Shown here: positions 24,501-35,900 of the stretch, piece after piece | Numbering within the stretch: position 1 is the stretch's first letter | Layout: the number at the start of each line of letters is the position of its first letter | Origin: Oikopleura dioica | Lineage: Eukaryota > Animalia > Chordata | DNA length: 64,000 nucleotides | Reading direction: 5' to 3' | Assembly (NCBI GenBank): GCA_907165135.1 | Contig: OU015569.1 | Coordinates: 2,480,001-2,544,000, forward strand | Notes under the pieces: generated by a model | Seen by the model: only the letters and a program-made list of their open reading frames with translations | Database searches by the model: none | Told to the model about the DNA's origin: nothing | Translations under genes and position numbers: made by a program

Positions 24501-27500
24501 GAACATATTGCCAACGCTGCCGATAAAGAGTTGCGCCGTGAGCACGCTGAGAGCTTTGATGTCCGCGCCAGTCTTTCTCGCTGTGACGACTTTTCAAAAC
24601 GACTCAATAATGTCCGAAGTCCCGTTCGCGAGCTTGTAAACGAAATAAACGCTATGATTAACGACCCTAACCTTACCGACGGTGTTCTGAAAGGACGCCT
24701 TGAAGAAGCCGCTCAATCCTTGCAAAGTGCACAGCAAAAGCAGATGATAATGTTGCGGGAATTCAACATAAGATGAACGAATTGCAATCAGCGATGGATG
24801 CACTCGCAGTTACCCGAGCTATTCTCGAGAAGTACCAAATGACACTTTCTGCCGATTCTGTATGCTCGACTATCGACGATTACGAACACAAGATGGCATT
24901 GCTACAAGAACTCCAGAAGGAAATTCCAGAAAATGATCCGAAGTTCGCTGGTCTCAAGAGCCATTTGACCGAGTTACCAGACAATGACCTCGACAGAAAT
25001 AGACTAAACGTCGAGATGAATGATCATATGAATGAATGGAATCAGCTCAAATGGCAACTGAACATGGCCTTAGAAAGCAACAAGAAAGAGCTCGACAAGA
25101 AGATCAGAGAGCGCGAGCATGAAAACAGCGTCGGCTCGCTCCGAAGCAAGATCGCGGAATTCATCGCCAAGATCGAGAAAATGTCCGCTCAGCAAATTGA
25201 CGTACTCAGCGCTGAACACGAGATGACTGTAGCGACATTTTACAATGAGCTCCAGGCACAACAAGAAGTCCTTGACGTTTTCAACAATCGTATTGAAGGA
25301 GAGTACAAGGCGCTTCGAAATGAGTGCGACCAGCTTCAACTTCCCAATGAAGAATGCCAAGAACTTCAATCCGCCTGGGAGCGTGTCTGGAAGCTTACTA
25401 AGCACACTATCGATAAACTCAAAGCTCTCCGAGCGTACACAGAACAGGTTGAGAAAGCTCAGGCTGTTCTGGCTAAATGGACATTGGAAGCTGAGCGATT
25501 CGAGCGTGAATCTGAAAATGCCGATCCAGATTTCCTAACAAAACTTTCAAAAGATGCCCAACGTGCTTATGCTGCCACAAAAGAAGATGATGAGACCTTT
25601 GTTTTGTCCATTTTCGCTGCAAATATCTCCTCAGCACATGCGCCAGTTGCCCATGAAGCCCAAGATCGAGATATGGCCCAAGCTCAAAGCATTAGTGAGG
25701 ACCTATCAGCGCAGTGGAATGCGGTCAAACAGCGCCTCCAAGTGGCTTCGAAAACAGCTTTGAACAACTCGAAATTGAGACAAAGTGAGAATCAAACTCG
25801 CGAAGCTGGTAAACAGCTTGAATTTGTTTCCAATCTCAAGGATAGACTCACAAGACTTTCTGAGAAGATCACGAAGAAACTGAACACTCCCACTCCTCTC
25901 GAACTTTCTGACCTAGAAGTTGTTTTGACCGAAAATACCGCCTTGTCGACTGAAGTGAAAGAAATCGGCAGAGAAGTTGACATGACTTCAAAGAGTACGA
26001 TGGAAATGCTCCGAAAATCTCGCGATGTCGATACTGAAATCGCGACTCAACTCCGTAGCATGCTCGAGTCTATCACTGGCCTCTGGGGTCCAATTGATTC
26101 CGTCTGGAACGTTTACGAAGACAAATGCAGAAGATTCAGAAACTGTGTTGAAAAATATGGTGGAGCTCGAATTCAACTCGAAAACACTGAAGACGAGCTC
26201 ACTAGAATCGAGATCGTTTCGCAAACGGTTGAAGAACGGGACGAGAAGTTGAAGAGATTGAAAGAGCTCCAAGCTTCCTTCAGTCAGATTGAACCACTTT
26301 TCTTCAGCTTGGAGAGCTCGCACTCGGAGGTCAAATCTGTTGAAACTAGAATGCAAACTAAAGGTTTTTTAAAAAGTGCTAATGAATTCCGACTCATTTT
26401 CTTATAGGCTACTCTGATGAGTCATTTGAAACACTTACGGTGCTCGTTCAATCGCTTATTGCTCGATGGCGCAACGCAAAGACTGAGATCATTCGACGCC
26501 AAACTGATGTAAAGGATGCATTCGACAAGCTTGGCAAATTCAAACAGTCAATCAAGAAGCATGTCACTTTTGTCGAAAACAAGGAGAAGGAGCTTGACTC
26601 GATTCTTGCAACTCAAGCTGAAACTTCTGAAGCCATCCAGCGAAAATTGTCAAAAGTTGAAGGACTCCAAAAAGAAATCAACTCGCTTCAGGACGAATTC
26701 GTTCAGGTTCGCCAGCAAAATATTGATCATAAGACGTATGGTTTTCCTTCAGGTTGAAGAACAAGGAGAACAACTCAACGAAATCATTCGCGATGCCAAC
26801 GCTCATTGCGAAAAGTGGGCTGAAAGCTGCGAAAAAACGCTTTCTCTCCCAACTCTCGAGCGATATGTCGAAATTGAAATTGAGACCGTTACGAGAAAGT
26901 ACGACAAACTCGGCCGAATGGTCGCCGAGCAGATCGAACGACTGAAGATCAAAGTTCGCGAAACAAAGGCGCAAGAGGTTAGTGAAAAAATGAACGTGGT
27001 GACTTTAATGGTGTTTACTAACTGGGTGCTGTTTCCGATGCAAAAATGCATTTATTGTTCTTTTGCTATCCGGGTGTTTCTCTGTCTTCATTTACTGTCA
27101 TTCATTTCTAACTCGATAAGAGAAAAGTTCACGAAAACGCATGACTTTCATGGTTCTAAAACTTTGGTGTTCAAAAAAGGTGTTTTAAAAATGTGTGCTT
27201 TTGGAGATGATGAAAAATAAATATATCAAACACACTCAGGAGTCCGAAGCTCGTTATGAAATCGAGCAGTCCACTGTCACTCAGCGAGAAAACGACGTCA
27301 AGTTCGATACTGGATTCAAGGGACAAGCAAATCTTTCTTCCCTCGAGGTAAGCAATCTCTGACAGCCACAGTGGTAAAACAAATTTAGGGGTCTGGACTG
27401 ATTACAAAAGATCAAGCAGATAAGCTTGAACTTGGTGATCTCCTTCCGTCCGATCTTGATCTGCAACTGCGACCTTGGCTTTTCTGTGGAGAAGAGCCCG

Positions 27501-30500
27501 TTGCTGGTGTCATTCTCGAAGAAACTGGCGAGAAGATTACTCTAAATGAAGCTTGCAGAAGGAGCCTGCTCAGAAGAGGAACCACCCTAGAACTTCTTGA
27601 GGCTCAAGCCGCTGTTGGGAGCGTTATCGACCCCATCAGGTGAATATAGAAAAACTGATAGTTAAAAACTCAATGCGATGTTTTTGTGCAGTTTCTCATT
27701 ATTCTTTAGATCGGAGAAACTTTCTGTTGAAGAGGCGATAAGCAGGAATCTTCTTGACCCCTATCAAGTTGATGCTCTTCGCCGAGCAGAAAGAGCTGTT
27801 ACCGGCTGGCCAGATGCTCGTGCTGGAGGAAAACTTCTCTCACTTTTTGAAGCTATGCGACGAGGCTTAGTGGCCGACACTCGAGCGATTCGTCTTCTGG
27901 AAGCTCAGATTGCTACGGGAGGGCTTATCGATCCCCGAGCCAACCATCGAGTTCCAATTAATGTGGCTTTCCGACGAGGACTCTTCGACTCCGAAACCAA
28001 TCAAAAACTAGAAGACCCCACTGACGACACCAAAGGCTTCTTCGATCCCAATACGCAAGAAAATCTTACCTATATTGAGCTTATCCGACGCTGCCAAAAA
28101 GAGCCAGAAACTGGCTACCACTTTTTAGTGCTGCGTCCAAAGCGACGCGGCGAGGGACGCGCATCAAGAAGCTCACTGTGGAACGACACGCGTAATCAAT
28201 CCCGTGAGAGCCCAGCAAGCCGTAATTACAATCACTCTAATGCCCGATGCAAGACCCCAGAACATGTTACCAAATCAGCATCATCTACCTCTCAATCAAT
28301 CAAATCGAAAAGCGCCTCTAACTTGCCTACAACGCACCAATTGACAACGAAAAAGTTACGACGCGAAGATATCATGTTCACTGTCCCGAGTGGAATAGTC
28401 AGACTCACCGAGCTCATCGACGCTGGTTGTACTGACGAGACTGCTGTGCGCGAACTCGAGTGTGGAAAAATCACCATGGAAAAATTCCGACACTCGTTAG
28501 AACGATATTTGTCTGGTTTGCCACCGATCGGAGGAGTCAAAATCACCCATGGAAGTGGAGTGACTGAAATCCTTTCTATCTATGATGCGCAGCGTCGCCA
28601 ATTGATCGATCAGGATCTGAGTTTCTATCTTCTTGAGGCTCAGGCAGCGACTGGCGGACTTTGTGGACTTGGAAGCGCCAAGCGATACGATCTTCATACT
28701 GGATTTGAACAAGGCCTCATCGATAGAGAGCTCATTAGCGATTTGACTAATGGACTTTCTGCTGTGCTCGGTTTTGTTGGAAGAAATCGCTCACTCGTCT
28801 CGACTATGGAAGCAGCAAGAATCGGAATGATATCCGAAGACGACGCTCGCCGGCTTTTGTTCACCCAAATCGTTACCGGCGGCGTTTTCAATATTGCCAA
28901 TGGATTCCGATTGCCTCTTGACGTCGCCAGCAAGAGAGCGATGTGGACACGCAGCTGGGACAACATGGCTCCACAGTGCTACGAGTTCAACCAAAAAGCA
29001 ATGACTTATGAACAGCTTTGCGCCAAGTGCGAAAAAGATGAAAGTTCGCGATGTCTTCTTCTTCCTATTGCTGGAAATAAAAAGCCAGTTGGAAAACCAA
29101 TCCAATCCATCATGGGAACTCCTCTTAGCTTCTACCACCGTAAGTTTTTTCATAATGTATTCTAGTCACTCTTTTATCTATCGTTTTTTATCAGCTAGCT
29201 TGGATTTTTTCAAATCTAATCGAAAAATTCAGAGCATAAAATGATCTCTGACGAAACTTACGCTGCTGCTCAAGCTGGCTTCATGTCTGAAAGTGACTTA
29301 GAACAGCAGCTCTCTCGTCGACTCATTGGTTGTGAGCCTATTGCCGGCATCTTTGTCGAAGGTCGCCTGATGTCGATCTGGGATGCTTCTCGACAAAAGC
29401 TTATCAAACCTGGAAATGCCCTTGAGCTGATGGAGGCCCAAGTTGTGAGCACTGGTGCTCTCATCGATGCGATATATGGAAAGCTCACGGTCAACGATGC
29501 AATTCAAAACGGAGTGATTGATATGTCCACTGGCGATGCCCTCAACAGATCCCGAATTGCTTACAAAGGCGATAAGGATAAGAACTCTTTGAAGAGCATG
29601 ATGAACAAGGGCACCCTTGCTGAATCGAAAGCGCTCAGACATCTCGAAATTCAGATCGCATGTGGAGGCGTGATAGGTATTTGGAAGCTGAGATAGCAGT
29701 TTCTTCATGAAGTGATTTTAGAACCAAGAACTGGGCGATACTTTTCCATCCCACAAGCATTCGAGGCTGGCCTTTTGGAAAAGAACGACCTTCAAAAGAT
29801 TAGAAAAAATAAGTTCTTCACGGATCCAGATCGAGAGGAGCGACTGAGTTACTTAGAGCTATGTTTGAGATGTGTAAAGGACGACACGGGCCGCCTGTTC
29901 CTGCCAGTTCACCGAATCAATCTTGCCAAGACAAAACGATCAAAGCCACGAAAGAAGAAAATAGTCGTTGTTGATCCCAGCACATCCGAAGAGCTCAATT
30001 GCCAAACCGCGTTCAGCAGGGGTCTGATCGATGAAGAATTCTTTGTCCAGCTGCTCACAGAAGAGGGCAAGTCCCAAGAACAAATCGACGACATTCTCTA
30101 CGGAAAAAGCAAATCCATTCCTCTTACTGTAACGCATGAGCGCGAGTTAGGGTTATGCAGATACAAAGTTATTGAAAGAAAATCTTCGCATGCGGAATGA
30201 AAGAAAACGCACGTGAATAAGTAGCATGAAATTTTTAAATGCTTGATTACTTCGGCCTGGGCTCGGCAAACTGTGTAGAAAACCTGAGTCAGGTTTCAAA
30301 CAAGCTAAAATAAGCTTTTTTAAAAAAAGCCGCTAAGCTTTTAATTTTAGAACTTTTAGAACCTGACGCAGGTTTTCTACCCAGACTACCGAGCGCAGCT
30401 TTAGGAATTCTTTTATTTGAAAAATTTAGGTTAGGTTTAGATAATAAGAGATAATGAGTAGTTGTGCCACAGATTAGTTAATGCATCAAGTATCACCCAC

Positions 30501-31438
30501 TAACAGACCTCGATCGACAGCCGCCGCGATTCTAAATCTGACATTTTCTCTTGCACATCTTCCTCCGTTGATCTCGGATCAATTGCTTCCACACCAATGG
30601 GTTCTCGCGAACCTACCCCATCGCTTGGAGTTGTCTCCGCCGCTGAGTTAGAAAACCGTCTCCTGAAACTAGCAAAAGACGGTTTCCGCGTTGCGATCGG
30701 AGCAATCAAGGATGAGACTACTGGAGAAACAATTTCGATTTCCCAAGCGACTGATCGAAAACTGATTGACTCTGTTACCGAGCAGCGATTGCTCGAAGCA
30801 CAAGCAGTTACTGGAGGAATCATTCTTCACAGCTCCGGCGCGCGGCTCACACCGAATGAAGCTCTGAGCGCCAAGTACATCACCAACCGAGCGTTTTCGA
30901 CACTGACGGAGGCGTACAAAGCATGGACTGGCTTCTCAGATAGAAGAACTGGCAAACGCAATTGCTTGAGTCTGCCTGAAGCTCTCAAAAGCGGCTCAGG
31001 AAGTTATGAAGCAATGACGAGATTCTTGGAATATCAAATTGTTCTTGGAGGCGTGTATGACGTGCAGAAGCGAGAGTTCCACTCGCTACATGAAGCAGTC
31101 GATCATGGCTTGATCGAGAGTCGAAAGGCGGAGCGTTTAGCTGACTTTTCGGTAAAAATGTACTTTCCCCATCTATTTTAATTGGTTTCTAGCGTCACTC
31201 GAGACAGCTGACCGATCCCCGAACGAATCTAACGACGACGTATTCAAAGTTGGTTGACGCGGCCGAGGTCGACAAGGAGGGCATTCTCGTCCTCTCTGCC
31301 TGGCCTCGCAAGCAGCGCTCCCTCAAGCTTGACTCCGGCCTCACCGTTCGCGCTTCTTCAATCGCTTCATCCCGAGCTTCTTCCCGCGGCACTTCGCCAA
31401 CGCGCCACCTCGACACCTTCGATATTGGCCAGATCTAA
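18579..31438 (+). CDS. MACF1/DST/PLEC-like: Spectraplakin locus, plectin-like output: CH1-CH2 actin-binding domain, plakin domain with SH3, rod, plectin-repeat domains with linker, SR-rich tail
   Basis: [104 protein letters not shown]; SH3 end TLPPPNKLA; plectin repeats [14 protein letters not shown]; linker [17 protein letters not shown]; tail [12 protein letters not shown]; stop at 31438. Confidence 0.93.
19754..19917. mobile_element. MITE family A copy in a CH1 intron
   Basis: GCAACCTGTGTAGAAAACCTTAGTCAGG...CCTGACTCAGGTTTTCTAAACAGGTT; just after the donor at 19747. Confidence 0.85.
20309..20686 (+). CDS. Alternative first exon(s) of the spectraplakin between CH1 and CH2 (MGGCCSK..)
   Basis: The ORF from ATG 20309 splices in phase 0 through a 44-nt GT-AG intron (20687-20730) into the CH2 exon VEEIVIEG; contains RKRVTF. 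Confidence 0.7.
30256..30399. mobile_element. MITE family A copy in a plectin-repeat intron
   Basis: Both TIRs present; flanks CTTCGG and TTTAGG match at 4 of 6 positions. Confidence 0.85.
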
Positions 31439-31792
31439 CGCTTACTAACTCAAATATATATTTATAAATTTAACATTATTTTCACTTTGGCCTATTTTCA
31501 ATTTACGTTCACCTCAACCTCTGTCTCTTCTTTTTGTGACTAACTGTGCATGGAATTAAATACTGTATCTATTTATTACAGTGGCTAACTGTATATTATT
31601 TTATATATTTGAGTACTGATCAATCTGAGATCTTCGTTTCTCTGAACCTTCTTTTCAACCATTTATTCGAAAAAAATCCAAAAAAGCAAGAAAAAAAAAA
31701 GAAAATTCCTTCAGTGTTACGAATGGCTTACTACTATGACTACTTCAGTACTCTTATCTGTGAATACTTTGCTTCTTGCGAGTTCTGTGATG

Positions 31793-31798
31793 AATAAA
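31793..31798 (+). terminator. Candidate polyadenylation signal of the plectin-like transcript
   Basis: AATAAA about 355 nt after the stop at 31438, in an AT-rich UTR-like stretch. Confidence 0.45.
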
Positions 31799-31884
31799 CT
31801 ATTCAATAATCTCAAATAAGGCAATCAAATGTTTGATTTTTGATTCTAAGACGTTCAGGTATTCGTTATGGAGATTTTTATTGG

Positions 31885-32060
31885 TCTGGGCTCGGCAACC
31901 TGCGTACAAAACTTGAGTCAGAGTCTGAAGTATCTCAAAAGAAAAGCCGCGTAGCGGCTTTTATAAAACGAGGCCACGAAGCGTCTTCGCCAGAATTTAA
32001 AGATTGATTGAAAAGATGAGAACCTGACTCAGGTTTTGTAGACAGGTCGCTAAGCCCAGA
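31885..32060. mobile_element. MITE family A copy
   Basis: Both TIRs and the central hairpin present; flanks TATTGG and AATTTG match at 4 of 6 positions. Confidence 0.9.
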
Positions 32061-32639
32061 AATTTGTATTGAATATGTTCTAATCGAACGTAGTCACTAA
32101 CTCTCATCGCCACTGTTCATTACTTTGAATGTAGAGTAGTCCCTTGAAAATGACAGTAGGAAAAAGGATGATACTGGTAGATTTCGCTTTTCCTTGGCGA
32201 GATAAAATTTATATGACAGTTTATTCAGGATAGCGTCTTAGCACGGTAACGCCCGCGCCGAAAAAAAATCTTCCGAAGCATTTAGGCACACACTGTGTGC
32301 CCCAAACACGTACCAGGGCAAAGTGATGGATCATCACGTGTGGTCATCATCATTTTTTTGTGCGGTCAGCTTTTTTCACTGATCAGAGGGTGCCTTTGAA
32401 ACTAGAGAAGGGAAAGAAAACGAAACAGAAAGAAGACGGATTTATTTAGGACGAAATTGGGATGGCGGAACGGAAAGTAGCCGAGATAGCCAGGTGGATT
32501 GACGAAACTAAGGAGAAGAAAAATGATCTAGTCACGGTTCCAGCACGATTCTGACTAATTTTTGCTAGAATTCCGATTGATACTAAAGTAGAATTATGGC
32601 TAAAAATAGAGAAACCGTTTGCGGCTTCGAGCAAAAAAA

Positions 32640-32822
32640 GACGCACGTGTCCCAAACTAGAAGTATTTTCACTTTTGCTCTCGCGCGCCACTCTCGCTTT
32701 CCGGGTAAAGCGGTAAGTTTAAAAACACCCCCGTGGGTGCGTGCCTTTGATCGTTAATTCGCCCGGGTGTCCCAAACCAGAGGGATTTTTTGGTGTCCCA
32801 AACCAGCGGTTTTTACTGTATA
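32640..32822. repeat. Possible Tc1/mariner-like terminus with GTGTCCCAAAC repeats
   Basis: GTGTCCCAAAC occurs three times and the stretch ends in TTTTTACTGTA-TA; no matching left end found. Confidence 0.3.
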
Positions 32823-32911
32823 CAATGTTACATTGTCAATGTATACTGTACATAAATTAAAATATTAATTATAATGTACAAAAAAGTAATGCATCAAAAC
32901 CGAAAGAAGTC

Positions 32912-35900
32912 TTGCCTGATACGCTGAAAGCAACTGGCGATGTAATAATTGAAATCGAGGAGATCATCGAAACAGTCGTCTCCCGCCGTCCCGTCGTAAA
33001 TGCCGCGGCAGGGTTTGCAGTGGAAGTGATCGAAAAATACGAACGCAGCGCGAAAATGACGTTAGACGATGATCGGAAACAAACGAGGAACGGATTCGGA
33101 AGCGCGTTCCCTTTTACGTTATCGTGATTTCCGATTTCTCCCCGGAAACTTGTGTTTTAACGCAATTCCTGCGAACTCAGACAAAGCTCTCCAGACAGCA
33201 GTCTGGAGAATGTGTTCACGCTCATCCTTGATCGAAATCAAGGACGAGTAAGGTGTAAATTTATTTATGAATTTGAATTCGAATCCCTTATACAGTTCTC
33301 GCCTGTCGAAGCTTGAATCGAACACGGAAGAAATGAAACGCAACTTTGAGAAACTTCTGGCTAGCTTTTTGAGCATGCAGGAGCAACTGAAATCCCATCT
33401 GTCAAAGTTACAATCGGAGAGGGATCTTTCTGGACTACAATCTGAAATGGAATCGATGCGATTATCTTTATTAGCTCTCAGTGATGGACTAAAAGTGACG
33501 CCCCCCGACGATCTCTTAGAAGCACAGACTAATTTTACAAAGCTCCAGCAACTGGCAAGGGAGTTGAAAGAAAAGAAACCAAAAGTGTTGGAAATTGCAG
33601 GTAATTATTTTTCAGTTTATTATTTCAATGCCTTGAGGAGGACGTAATCTAACAGGAAAGTGATGCGATATAAAGTCTTTTCTAGGTTTAGCGATAGCCT
33701 TTTTAGGTTTTAAGGAATAATTTTAATCAAGTATTATTTTAATTTATAAATCATCAAAAACCTGCCTCGAAGTCCAATTGTGGAGAATTGATCTTCTAGT
33801 TCTGGATAAGAAGACCTTATCCAAGACTCAAAGTTTTGCCATTTTTGGTCTGAAATTTTCCTTTTTGAAATCATAGAAGACTCTTTTGAAAATTCTTTAT
33901 ATCTCTTTTACCTGTATCTTCATTTCGGATCTTAAAGCTCTGGCAATATTGGATCAAAAAGCTGAAGGTTATCCAAAAGAATCTCTTACTCAATCGCGCC
34001 ATGGCAGAGACTAATAGCCTTTTTGTCAGATTGGAAAGCTTTATACTCGGCACAACTGTCTTTGCGTGCCTTGGTGATGCTAACGAGTTAAAACACGTGC
34101 GGATCACAGTAGAATATTAATGCTAAATGGAGCCCTGATTCGGAGAATTTTGTCACTTGCCAAGTATAATTCAAAATATAGAAACGGAGATGCGTAATTT
34201 ACACAAACAGATTAAATTGGAACATATCTTTATTTTTTTCTAGTTTTGTAACCTATCGTGAACAGAAATAATGGGTCAGCGTTGAATAGCGGTAGTACTG
34301 TGCTAAATTGCTGAAGGAGATTTGAAAGAACTCTCCGTTCTCGGACACGTGATGTCTAAAGATCGTGCTCGTAGTTAAAAGCTCGTAGACCTCTTCTTCC
34401 GATGTGCTTCTTTCGCCACCAAGGAGGATGATCTTCTCCCACACTTCGTTAAAAGTAGCGGCTGAGCGTTGCAGTGCCACGAAAGCATGCGTGACGAGCG
34501 CAAGTGCCTGACTGTCGCTAGAATCGACACTTGACTCGCTAGTTGAAGCTGTGAAACCGTGGTATTCGTGGACGCTCGGGCTCGACGCTGATGATTGAAT
34601 GCCCTCAGAGCCACTGTGACTCAAGCAGGGTTCAGAACTGGCTCTGGGCGGTTGGTTCTCGAGACGTCCTCTTCTGAATTCGCCTTGTTCAAAGTTGAAG
34701 ATTTCTCTGATGTCAAGCGCCATCGTGCCATTCGTGCAAGTCGGAGATGCATTTCTCGTTTGGCGTTTGAACTGCGCCTCAGGAATTTTGGCAACTTCTA
34801 CTGTCCAGAATCCATGGGAGCCTGTGCTCTTCTGTTTGACGAAAAACTCGCGCTGGACAAGATTGTGTCGTACAGAATCCCTCCAAGCTGATTTAGACGA
34901 GGCCAGTGCGGGAAAAAGCGCTTCGAGCTTTGAGTAGATTTGCCCCAGGCGAGCGCGTTTTTCTGGAAAAGTTCGAATCACGAGCGCGGTTAACACGCCG
35001 TAGGAAAATGGAGGCTTATCAGCTTTATTGTACACGCGGGTCTTCATCTTTTTACTTTTCAAAATTCGATATCAAAATCGACTATTTTTTCAAAGTTGTA
35101 TTCTTTGTTTTTGGATAACTGATCAGTACGATTTGTCTTTTTATTTTCGGAAGGGCGCCCGAAATGACGTCGGCGGCGAAGACTCCCGCCTCCCGAGCTA
35201 GACGGAATAGCTTCCTCCACTGCCTCAAGCTTAACTCGTATCAGAATCTTCACATATTTTCTCTCAAGAAATTTGCCAATTATGGAACATCGGACAAATA
35301 CATCACATAGGAAAAAATTATAAAACATATTCTCGTTGAGAATTTCGATTCTCTTGGTCTAAGATCCGATTATTCATCTGATCTAGTATGATGGCTGGAT
35401 ACTTACTGAAGTATAAGTCCAAATATGGTCAGGATTCTTAAATAAGAGAATATTAGGGGTACTCAATATTATTTCCTGACCCAGGCTTTTTACTCAGGTT
35501 GCCGGGCCCAGCCATAAGATAAGGGATTTTCTACTTCAGTCTGGGAAGTCTGGTCACAACTGGAAAGTCGGAATGGAATCAGTATCAGTTCAGAGGTGAT
35601 CTTTAGGAATTGGAAAACAGGTTATGAGTGGAATGTTAGGGAGAATCTTGTAGTTTCCCATTGAGACTTCCAATGTAGACATTGTCTGAGCAGTAACTTT
35701 CCGAACATCCTCAAAAAGTTGTTTTCAAGTCTGATTTCTGGATTCTCTTCAGTAAATATTCTACTTTAGCTACCTCCCGTTCGACTTCGCGAAACCAAGA
35801 CTTGAGTACTGCTGAAACCCAGCAACTTCACCTCGACGCGTCAACCCTGGAAGATCTTCTCCATGAAACAAGCACGACCGCAAGTGAAGCCTCGCGGTCT

